From contig OZ253540.1 in NCBI GenBank assembly GCA_965262485.1, positions 2,452,711 to 2,516,710 on the forward strand: a stretch of DNA of 64,000 nt. The letters run 5' to 3'. The notes beneath the pieces are model-generated. The model worked only from the letters and a program-made list of their open reading frames with translations, ran no database searches and was not told the DNA's origin. The position numbers and the translations under genes were made by a program. The DNA comes from Dehalococcoidia bacterium (GTDB taxonomy: Bacteria; Chloroflexota; Dehalococcoidia; Lucifugimonadales; UBA3495). Shown here one piece after another: positions 25,144 to 35,625 of this stretch. The number at the start of each line of letters is the position of its first letter. Position 1 is the first letter of the stretch.

Positions 25144-25938
25144 ATGCTTGGTATTGATCGCATCTACCATGCCGACGCTTTCGACCTTTTCCCGCAGATT
25201 GATGACGGTTCCGTTGATCTCATCATCTGCGATGGTCCTTATGGGGTGACGACAAATGAATGGGACCGGGTCAGCAATGTCCAGGAATTCAATCTCGAGC
25301 TAATCCGCATTTTCTCAACCAAATTGAAAGATGGCGGCACGCTATATCTTTTTGGCAAACCGGACTGCATCGACTTCATTGACTACCGGCCGTATCTCAA
25401 CCTCCGATCCCGGATAGTTTGGTATCAGCCAAGCCGCCTCGCGCAGGGCAGAATTAGTTACACCAATAATTACGACACGATTTGCTATTTCATTAAAGGC
25501 AAACGGCCTCTCACTTACAATCTTGACGCTATACGAGTCTCCCAACTGGTGGAATTGGAACACCGGTTGCGCTGCGAACGAGTTCCTTCCGTCGTTAACG
25601 GAAAATTCGGCAAGACCAAATTCAACGACAAGGGGAAAAACCCCGGCGACGTTTGGGGTGACATCAAGCAGCTGACTTACAAATCAAAGGAACTGGTCAG
25701 CCGGAAGGCTCTGAACACAGTCCAAAAGCCGGAGAAGCTTATTGAAAGGCTCGTATTGGCTAGCTCCTCAACTGGCGACTTAGTGCTAGACCCATTTGCC
25801 GGAGTAGGAACTTGCCCTGTGGTATGTCGCCAACTTGACCGGCGCTTCATCGGAATCGAACAAGACGAGGGGTTCGTATCTGCGGCAAACGACAGGTTGC
25901 TAGAGCTGGAAAGACGATTGTCCGGCCAGTTATTCTAA
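25144..25938 (+). CDS. Beta-class (N4-C/N6-A) DNA methyltransferase of a type II R-M system
   Basis: Motif IV variant DGPY (LIICDGPYGV) lies N-terminal and motif I (VLDPFAGVGT) lies C-terminal, which is the beta permutation. GKNPGDVW box present. Visibly lower GC than its neighbours. Confidence 0.88.
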   Translation: MLGIDRIYHADAFDLFPQIDDGSVDLIICDGPYGVTTNEWDRVSNVQEFNLELIRIFSTKLKDGGTLYLFGKPDCIDFIDYRPYLNLRSRIVWYQPSRLAQGRISYTNNYDTICYFIKGKRPLTYNLDAIRVSQLVELEHRLRCERVPSVVNGKFGKTKFNDKGKNPGDVWGDIKQLTYKSKELVSRKALNTVQKPEKLIERLVLASSSTGDLVLDPFAGVGTCPVVCRQLDRRFIGIEQDEGFVSAANDRLLELERRLSGQLF

Positions 25939-26225
25939 TATGCCCGTGAAAATCCGCCGCCAAATAATTGACTTGGTATTGCAAGCGTCGGAACTAGTAC
26001 GGTCAATTGGCATTGCCAATTTGCTGCAGCCCGGTTTAGTCAAAGAGATGATCACCGCTGACATACTCGGCCACGAACTTATCCATTCGAAGCGCGACGC
26101 AGATGCCCATGCCCCTGGCAACCCTGATGAAAAGTACGAATATCTTTCCTGCAAGGAAGGCGGGAGCGGTCAGCTAGATCGAATGTTCAAGGAACCGCCT
26201 AATAAACGAGACGAATCGCTTACTA

Positions 26226-26376
26226 GGCTGTGTTGACATTTACAGTCATTCCGGCGAAAGCGGGAATCCAGAGAGTCGGGGAGTGGCTAATTTCGGGATA
26301 GTTATGCTTATTTGGAGCACTGGATGCCGGCGAAAGCCGGAATGACGAAATGAAATTTCAAAATGTCAACACAGCC
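26226..26376. mobile_element. TA-flanked MITE (151 bp) inside the restriction endonuclease gene
   Basis: 17-bp perfect TIR GGCTGTGTTGACATTTT.. / ..AAAATGTCAACACAGCC, flanked by TA (26224-25 and 26377-78). Internal CATTCCGGCGAAAGC(G/C)GGAATG hairpin modules. Confidence 0.8.
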
Positions 26377-26385
26377 TAGAATCAC

Positions 26386-27615
26386 CAGGGCAATCGCGTT
26401 TTAGCTGCGTAGGACTTTCAGCAGGTAGTCCTCCTTCCAGCCGGCCTGGAGGCGCTTCCCCTGGATGCCCACCTTAAGGCTCTTTTCGTTCTTGAGCAGA
26501 TTGTGCGAAACCTGCCTCAGCGTCGCCATATTCTGCGGAGCGTGGTCCTTGCGGATTCGGCAATGGTCTTCCTTGAAAGTCACGTCCAGGCTCCAGTGCA
26601 AGGAGTTCTCGATGCTCCAGTGAGTGCGCACCACCTCCAGCAGGCGCTCCGCTGGCGCATCCAGGCTGCTGATGTAGTACCGGGGCTGTACCGTGGTCCC
26701 TGCCGGCGTCTCCCGGCGGCCCACCACCTTGACCACCGCGCGCAGGCCGGGCCATTCCTGGCCGGCGCTCAGGTACTCCAGACAATCTGAGTCACTGATC
26801 ACCCAGCACTCCCGGCGTTCTATCCGTCCGTGGTTCTTGTTCAGGGTGGTGGCGTAGTCGTGGGGAACATCCTCGAAGCCGAACTCCTCCGCTCCCTCGA
26901 ACAGGTCCCGCACGTCTGCATACAGTCGACCCTGGTTCTCCTTCAGGGACAGCGCGTAGTCGGCGCCCCGGTCCAGAATCCCCTGGGCGATTTCCTTCTG
27001 GCAGCCCATGGCGTCGATAGTGACGATGCACCCCTTCAGTTCCAGCAGTTGCAGCAACTGGGGAATGGCGGTGATTTCGTTGGACTTCTCCTCGGTCTTC
27101 ACCTGCCCCAGCGTCAGCGTGTTGGCCGAGGCCCAGGCGCTGACCAGATGGATGGCCCGCTGGCCCGAATTGCGGTCGTGGGAGCGCCGCACCGTCTTGC
27201 CGTCGATGGCTACCACTTCCCCGGGGATCAGGTCGGACACCGCCTGGGTCCAGGCCATGAAGCACTGCTGGAACTGCTCCGGGTCCAGCCGGGAGAAGAC
27301 GTCGCCGAAGGTGTCGTGGGAGGGGACTCCGTTGGGCAGTTCCAGAAAAGTGCGGAACCACTCCTCCTTGCTCTTGCCGAACAATTCGATGTAGACCCAG
27401 GAGTCCGCGCCGCAGATGACGGCGCAGATGGCAATGGCAATGATGTCCAGCAGCTGGTGCCGCTTGCAGCGGTCGATCCTGGGATCCTCCAACGCCTCGA
27501 AATAATCCATAATGGACGCGCCCTGCTCCTTCCTCATTACTCCCCCCGTCTGTCCTTCACATCACTGGACTCGTATCCTTGGCCAAGTCTACCAACTTAT
27601 AACGCGATTGCCCTG
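26386..27615 (-). mobile_element. ISAs1-family insertion sequence, copy B (1230 bp)
   Basis: Same IRs as copy A. Its own 10-bp TSD CTAGAATCAC lies at 26376-26385 and 27616-27625. All six-frame ORF translations are identical to copy A. Confidence 0.92.
26401..27537 (-). CDS. ISAs1-family transposase (identical to 22207..23343)
   Basis: The 378-aa translation is identical to copy A. Confidence 0.92.
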   Translation of the reverse strand: MRKEQGASIMDYFEALEDPRIDRCKRHQLLDIIAIAICAVICGADSWVYIELFGKSKEEWFRTFLELPNGVPSHDTFGDVFSRLDPEQFQQCFMAWTQAVSDLIPGEVVAIDGKTVRRSHDRNSGQRAIHLVSAWASANTLTLGQVKTEEKSNEITAIPQLLQLLELKGCIVTIDAMGCQKEIAQGILDRGADYALSLKENQGRLYADVRDLFEGAEEFGFEDVPHDYATTLNKNHGRIERRECWVISDSDCLEYLSAGQEWPGLRAVVKVVGRRETPAGTTVQPRYYISSLDAPAERLLEVVRTHWSIENSLHWSLDVTFKEDHCRIRKDHAPQNMATLRQVSHNLLKNEKSLKVGIQGKRLQAGWKEDYLLKVLRS

Positions 27616-27841
27616 CTAGAATCACTCGTAACACGAAATTTTACTTCGCCGTCTTTTACGGAGACAACCAGACTAAATGCAAAGTCATTTACGAGATTGA
27701 TCCGGATGCAATTCTCGCTGAAACTGAGCTTCGGTTAGACAACAGCCGAAATGCGATTTCGCACGTCGGCTTCTCTGAAAATTGGGCTCGGTCGAACGGG
27801 CGGGTGGTTTACGAAGACCAACCCTAACAGTTTACCCGTCG

Positions 27842-28522
27842 TTACGTCCCCAGCCGCTCCAGGAATTGGGCAACCGCGGCGTTGACCGCTTCCGGTTGCT
27901 CCAGAGTCACGAAGTGGCCCGAGTTGGGAACCACCACGACTTCGGCATTTTTTAGCTCCCGACCCAGGTATTCTGCATACCGCACGGGCGTCATCACGTC
28001 GTCCTGCCCCACGATAACCAGCGACGGCAGGTCGATCTCTTTGACCCGCTCCATCACGTCAAACTGATCGCAGGCTGACAGGTCGTTGTGCTCGACCATC
28101 GGCCCGGATTGTAACGCTCGCTCCGCCAGTTGGGGCGCGAGTTCGCTGTTGATGGCCTCATAATAAGCCGGCGCTTCCGAGCGCCATTGGGTGTCATTCA
28201 GGCAACGGTTCAGATAATCGGGGTGGACCCGCAGCCGACCTCCGGTGCCAATCAGGACCAGGCCGGCCAGGTCCTGGGGAAACCGCAGCGCATAATCCAG
28301 CGCAATGGCCCCGCCCATCGAATGACCGAACAGTACAAACGGCGGGTAACCTCGATCCAACGCATACTCCCGCAGCCAATCGACGTAACCGCCGATGGTG
28401 TCCCGCGGTTCCCCGTCCGGATGGCCGGGCAGGTCGATTGCGTCAACCTCGGGGAACCGGGCTTTCTGATAGAAGTAGGTGAGCTCGTTCTGACCCGAGC
28501 CGTGTACCATTACCAGCCGCAT
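27842..28522 (-). CDS. Alpha/beta-fold hydrolase
   Basis: 226 aa with nucleophile elbow GHSMGG and a C-terminal ...GHF... histidine. Confidence 0.85.
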   Translation of the reverse strand: MRLVMVHGSGQNELTYFYQKARFPEVDAIDLPGHPDGEPRDTIGGYVDWLREYALDRGYPPFVLFGHSMGGAIALDYALRFPQDLAGLVLIGTGGRLRVHPDYLNRCLNDTQWRSEAPAYYEAINSELAPQLAERALQSGPMVEHNDLSACDQFDVMERVKEIDLPSLVIVGQDDVMTPVRYAEYLGRELKNAEVVVVPNSGHFVTLEQPEAVNAAVAQFLERLGT

Positions 28523-28528
28523 GGTTTT

Positions 28529-31327
<2,799 letters not shown>

Positions 31328-31345
31328 CGAGAATGTCTCCTTGGG

Positions 31346-31981
31346 TTATCCGGTTGCCGGCGCTCTGCCGGCGAACTCGCCGGCTCGTTCGACCAGGCCG
31401 AGAAATAAATTGTTGAAATTAGCGGGTACTTCGTCGGCGCGTTCGGGCAAAAACTGCACACCGATCACCCAACTGTGTTCTTTGCTTTCCAGGCCCTCAA
31501 TTACGCCGTCGTCCAGATGGTACGCGATGGACATGAGACGCGGCGATCGGTGCCGTTCACGCAAGCCCAGGCGGTGGCAACTGTTGACCCGGAACATGCC
31601 GGCGCTGCCAATGATCGCCGCCACCTTGGAACCGGGCGATAGGTAAATCTGATGGCGTTGAAAGTCGGAATCGGAGTTGACGTCGTGCCCTTCCAGCGGG
31701 ACCGGCGCGTCGCCGCCGAAGCAGGTGTTGAGCAGGTGCATTCCGCTCCCGGTAAACAGTACCGGCATGTCCACGGCCAACGCCGCCGACAGCAGCTCAA
31801 GATCTGACGTTGCGGCGTTTGAGTCGGGGATCAGCAAGCCGCCAACCCCGGCGAGCGCATCGGTCGCCGGAGTATCGGGTGTGATGATGCGGACGTGGCC
31901 GCCAGCCATTGCAACGGCTTGAAGGCAGGGATCCGGACTGCTGCCGTTCCGGTCGGATGTAACTACGGCGATTGTTGTCAA
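31346..31981 (-). CDS. Class-I glutamine amidotransferase / peptidase C26-like protein lacking the catalytic Cys and His
   Basis: It aligns by eye to the PuuD-type pattern P(I/V)(F/L)xICRG.Q.LN ... GVQ(W/F)HPE. This protein has PVLFTGSGMHLLN (C->G) and GVQFLPE (H->L). TTG start. Confidence 0.7.
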   Translation of the reverse strand: MTTIAVVTSDRNGSSPDPCLQAVAMAGGHVRIITPDTPATDALAGVGGLLIPDSNAATSDLELLSAALAVDMPVLFTGSGMHLLNTCFGGDAPVPLEGHDVNSDSDFQRHQIYLSPGSKVAAIIGSAGMFRVNSCHRLGLRERHRSPRLMSIAYHLDDGVIEGLESKEHSWVIGVQFLPERADEVPANFNNLFLGLVERAGEFAGRAPATG

Positions 31982-32120
31982 AAGACAGTAAACCCACAGG
32001 ATATTGGGGTAGAGGTGGACATAGTTCCACCCTTACAATTGTACTAAATTTCCGGTCGCCGCGCTCTGAACGGGCGTGCGGATTTGTGCAAGGATTGGGC
32101 GCAGATATGCTTGAATGCTC

Positions 32121-32452
32121 ACGCGTACCCACTTTGTGGCCCTCCCCCCAACCCCTCTCCCCAGGGGAGAGGGGCGATGCGTCGCCGGCGCCTGGACTCC
32201 CCTCGCCCTCCGGGAGAGGGGCCGGGGGTGAGGGCGAAATCCCCACACCCCAAAAAATCCTGTCCATCCTGTCCATCGATGTAAAAAAACCGTCCCCCCG
32301 TTCATCCTGAGCCCGTCAAAGGACCCCCCACTTGTCATTGCGAGGAGCGCAGCGACGTGGCAATCTCGTTGAAGTTGAACACACGCCGGCAAACCACCAT
32401 TGCTACGGCGACGAGATTGCCACCCCCGTATCAAGTACGGGGTCGCAATGAC
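32121..32452. repeat. Composite D-type repeat (32121-32290) followed by a C-type palindromic repeat (32334-32452)
   Basis: ACGCGTACCCACTTTGTGGCCCTCCCCCCAACCCCTCTCCCCAGGGGAGAGGGGCGATGCGTCGCCGGCGCCTGGACTCCCCTCGCCCTCCGGGAGAGGGGCCGGGGGTGAGGGCG... is near-identical to 33989-34104. AAAAATCCTGTCCATCCTGTCCATCGATGTAAAA tail. Confidence 0.8.
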
Positions 32453-32517
32453 AGATTGAAGCGGGTACGCGTGAGCGGCGAGGTTTTGTATTATTGGGAA
32501 GTCGGTCCGCCGGCCCC

Positions 32518-33855
32518 TCAGCAGTCTGGCAGGTCGGAAGTGATGGACACCCCTTGCAGGCTGACCGGCACGCACCCGCTCAACTCATTACCGTCGAGGT
32601 ACACGAATTCCAGGCTGGCGAGGTTGCCCAACTCCGCCGGTATCTCCCCGCTCAACTGGTTATCGTAGAGGGACAGCGATGTCAGGTTGGCGAGGTTGCC
32701 CAGCTCCGGCGGTATCTCCCCGCTCAACTGGTTATCGGAGAGGGACAGCCATTCCAGGTTGGCGAGGTTGCCCAACTCCGGCGGTATCTCCCCACTCAAC
32801 TGGTTATTGTAGAGGGCCAGATCCATCAGGTTGGCGAGGTTGCCCAACTCCGGCGGTATCTCCCCGCTCAACTGGTTATCGGAGAGGTACAGCGCTTCCA
32901 GGTTGGCGAGGTTGCCCAGCTCCGGCGGTATCTCCCCACTCAACTCGTTATCGTAGAGGTACAGCAGTGTCAGGTTGGCGAGGTTGCCCAGCTCCGCCGG
33001 TATCTCCCCGCTCAACTCGTTATTGTAGAGGATAATCCCTTCCAGGCTGGCGAGGTTGCCCAGCTCCGCCGGTATCTCCCCGCTCAACTGGTTATTGTAG
33101 AGGATCATCCCTTCCAGGCTGGCGAGGTTGCCCAACTCCGGCGGTATCTCCCCGCTCAACTCGTTATCGTAGAGGAACAGTCTTTTCAGGCTGGCGAGGT
33201 TGCCCAACTCCGGCGGTATCTCCCCGCTCAACTCGTTATTGTAGAGGTTTAGCCCTTCCAGGCTGGCGAGGTTGCCCAACTCCGGCGGTATCTCCCCGCT
33301 CAACTGGTTATCGCTGAGGGACAGATCCATCAGGTTGGCGAGGTTGCCCAACTCCGGCGGTATCTCCCCGCTCAACTGGTTATCGCTGAGGGACAGCCTT
33401 GTCACCCGGCCGTTGCCGTCAATGCCGACGCCATCCCATTTGTCCAATGGCTCATCGCTCAGCCAGTTATCGTTGCGATCCCAATCCAAACCGCCGGTGG
33501 CGTTGTAGAGGGCGACCAGCGCATCCCGGTCCGTCTCCGCCGAAGTCAGGGCCGGGGGAATCACCGCGCCGAGAATGAGCCGCCGCCGGACAAAATCCGG
33601 CCCAGTGGGGGTGGCCGTAGGTTCCTGGGTGGCCCGGCCGGAGGAGCTTCTGGACTCCCGCCCTGAAGATTCCGCATCTGCTGCGGCTTCAGGGGTGGCC
33701 CGGTCGGATATTACTCTGGACCCTTCATCTGAGGCCCGGCGCGATGAGCGGTCTTCTTCCGTGGCCGCATCGCCGCCGCAGGCTGCCGGCAGGGCCAGCA
33801 GCAGAAGCAGCGCCAGGACGAATACAGTCCCGGGGGTTAACACTCTGCGACTCAT
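32518..33855 (-). CDS. Secreted (probable lipo-)protein made of 12 plant-type 24-residue leucine-rich repeats
   Basis: Signal peptide with ..LALPAAC. LRRNT_2-like cap (ETDRDALVALYNATGG..W......W.GV). 11 full repeats L.L..N.LSGEIP.ELGNLA.L plus one terminal repeat. The start is set at the ATG at 33855 after GGGAGGG. Confidence 0.85.
   Translation of the reverse strand: MSRRVLTPGTVFVLALLLLLALPAACGGDAATEEDRSSRRASDEGSRVISDRATPEAAADAESSGRESRSSSGRATQEPTATPTGPDFVRRRLILGAVIPPALTSAETDRDALVALYNATGGLDWDRNDNWLSDEPLDKWDGVGIDGNGRVTRLSLSDNQLSGEIPPELGNLANLMDLSLSDNQLSGEIPPELGNLASLEGLNLYNNELSGEIPPELGNLASLKRLFLYDNELSGEIPPELGNLASLEGMILYNNQLSGEIPAELGNLASLEGIILYNNELSGEIPAELGNLANLTLLYLYDNELSGEIPPELGNLANLEALYLSDNQLSGEIPPELGNLANLMDLALYNNQLSGEIPPELGNLANLEWLSLSDNQLSGEIPPELGNLANLTSLSLYDNQLSGEIPAELGNLASLEFVYLDGNELSGCVPVSLQGVSITSDLPDC
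32563..33396 (-). repeat. Tandem 72-bp coding repeats (about 11.5 copies)
   Basis: A nucleotide-level near-identical unit ...GGCGAGGTTGCCCA(A/G)CTCCG(G/C)CGGTATCTCCCC(G/A)CTCAACT(G/C)GTTAT... repeats with a 72-nt period. Confidence 0.9.
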
Positions 33856-33913
33856 TTCCCGGCCCTCCCGTTCCCAATTATTATTGTGTCCATGACATAC
33901 CCATAGTACACCT

Positions 33914-34248
33914 GTCATTGCGAGAATCTTCCGCTCATCCCGAGCTTGTCGAGGGACGTGGTAATCTCGTTGCGGTTGAGCACACGCTCACGTGTACCCA
34001 CTTGGTGGCCCTCACCCCAACCCCTCTCCCCTGGGGAGAGGGGCTATGCGTCGCCGGCGCCTGGACTCCCCTCGCCCTCCGGGAGAGGGGCCGGGGGTGA
34101 GGGGCGTACCCACCCCTGTCATTGCGAAGAGCGCAGCGACGTGGCAATCTCGCAGCAAACCACGGCCCAAAAATCCTGTCTATCCTGTCCATCGATGTAA
34201 AACGGCAGTCCCCCTCGCCCTCCGGGAGAGGGGCCGGGGGTGAGGGCG
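33914..34248. repeat. Composite C-type / D-type repeat cluster
   Basis: C-type half copies lie at 33914-33985 and 34117-34152. D-type units lie at 33989-34104 and 34160-34248, including TCCTGTCTATCCTGTCCATCGATGTAAAA. Confidence 0.8.
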
Positions 34249-34296
34249 GACTTTTTCACCGGATGGGAGGAACGCGGCCAGGCCGAGATTGTTTGG

Positions 34297-35622
34297 CTAT
34301 AACGCTTCGCCGGCGTCCTGGAGGACCATCCGGGCCACCTGCCGGCCCATCCTTACCGAGTAGTTGGTCCCCCGATCTTCGGGGTAAATTTGGGTGGTAT
34401 TGGCGAGGTACAAACGGTCGATGGGAGTGCGGTGGGCCGGGATTTGGTCAGTATATCCCACTCCGATGATGGGTTGCGCTCCATCCACCCGGTGATGGTG
34501 GTACTCAACGATCCAGTCGCGGGAGAATTGGGGGTTGATGCGCTGTAGGTGGGGGATAAACTCTTCCAGCAAGTCCGCCGGTTCTTTCCGGTACAGCTCG
34601 CTGTTGCGGTCGGGGTAGTTGGTGAGATAGACGATGTGATGGCCACCGTACAGGTTGCGATCAATCATGTTGGTGTGTTCGATGATGCCGACGAAGGGCA
34701 GCGACCGGTCGGCCACGTTGAGCCAGTACTTGGACGACAGGGGGCGGTCGAGCACGAGGATCATCAACACCGCCGACAGGTAGCGGGCTGATTCCAGCAC
34801 GGCCCGATAGTCGTCAGGCAATTCGGGAGCCAACCGGGTGAATACATAGGACGGCGTGGTCGCGATAACCGCGTCGTAGTCGTAATTGCGTTCCGGCTCG
34901 TTATCCACAGAGGCGACGAGTCCCTGGGCTACGCGGCCCTCGACAGCCACCCGGCGAACGGCAGCGCCGGTGTGTACCAGACCGCCCTGCTGCGCGACCC
35001 GCTCGCCGCAAACGTCGAACACGGTGCCGAAACTGCACATGGGATAGCCGAGGCGTTCCTTCTCCCACCGCTTGCGGGAGGACACGCGCAGAAATATCTT
35101 GCCCCACAGCCAGGTCATGCCGACCTGATCGTAGTAATCGCCGAACTTACCCCGCAGCATGGGTTCCCAAATGACTCGCCAGGCCGCCTCGCCCATGTGG
35201 TCGCGCACCCAATCCGCTGCGGTGATGCCTTCGAACTTGCGCCAGTTGCGGGTTTTCTGGAGGACGAAGGTCCACGCTCCCAACCTGATGCGCTGGGCTA
35301 GGGTCAGGGGAGCAAACCGCAGCAGGTCCATGGGAGTGGCAAAATCCCAGATGCGGCCTCCGTGGAACAGACCCACCCGAGACTCCAGCCATTGCAGAGA
35401 ATCTCCCAGGCCCAGTTCTTCGATCAACTGCACCATATCGGTATCGCTGACGAACAGATGGTGGTAACCGCGCTCCAGGTTGCCGCCGCCCACGGGGAAC
35501 GTAGAAGCCTGTCCACCCAAAAATGGAGCAGCCTCAAACACTTCGGCGAAGTGTCCCCTGGTGGTCAACTCGTAGGCGGCCGCCAGTCCGGCCGCACCGC
35601 CGCCTATGATTCCTACGCGCAT
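34297..35622 (-). CDS. NAD(P)/FAD-dependent oxidoreductase (amine oxidase / phytoene desaturase-like fold)
   Basis: MRVGIIGGGAAGLAAAYEL...FEA....GG dinucleotide-binding motif. 441 aa. Confidence 0.8.
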   Translation of the reverse strand: MRVGIIGGGAAGLAAAYELTTRGHFAEVFEAAPFLGGQASTFPVGGGNLERGYHHLFVSDTDMVQLIEELGLGDSLQWLESRVGLFHGGRIWDFATPMDLLRFAPLTLAQRIRLGAWTFVLQKTRNWRKFEGITAADWVRDHMGEAAWRVIWEPMLRGKFGDYYDQVGMTWLWGKIFLRVSSRKRWEKERLGYPMCSFGTVFDVCGERVAQQGGLVHTGAAVRRVAVEGRVAQGLVASVDNEPERNYDYDAVIATTPSYVFTRLAPELPDDYRAVLESARYLSAVLMILVLDRPLSSKYWLNVADRSLPFVGIIEHTNMIDRNLYGGHHIVYLTNYPDRNSELYRKEPADLLEEFIPHLQRINPQFSRDWIVEYHHHRVDGAQPIIGVGYTDQIPAHRTPIDRLYLANTTQIYPEDRGTNYSVRMGRQVARMVLQDAGEAL

Positions 35623-35625
35623 ACG

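Larger units (their letters stand above)
25940..27827 (+). pseudogene. Type II restriction endonuclease gene (PD-(D/E)XK; PvuII-like by eye) disrupted by a MITE and an ISAs1 copy
   Basis: The start overlaps the methylase stop (TAATATG). Removing the MITE (26226-26376 plus one TA) and the IS (26386-27615 plus one TSD) restores one 164-codon ORF ...KRDESLTRITRNTKFYFAVFYGDNQTKCKVIYEIDPD...VVYEDQP* ending at 27825-27827. Confidence 0.7.

Noticed and set aside
22192-27615. The two ISAs1 copies as ends of a composite transposon carrying the binding protein, flavin reductase and methylase.
   Set aside because: Each copy has its own matching 10-bp target duplication (GAGCTAATAA; CTAGAATCAC). The outer flanks of the pair do not match each other.
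32563-33396. Regularly spaced 72-bp repeats (and the ~69-bp repeats at 12793-13643) that could be mistaken for a CRISPR array.
   Set aside because: The repeats are contiguous with no unique spacers. They lie in one long ORF and encode leucine-rich repeats. No cas genes are present in the window.
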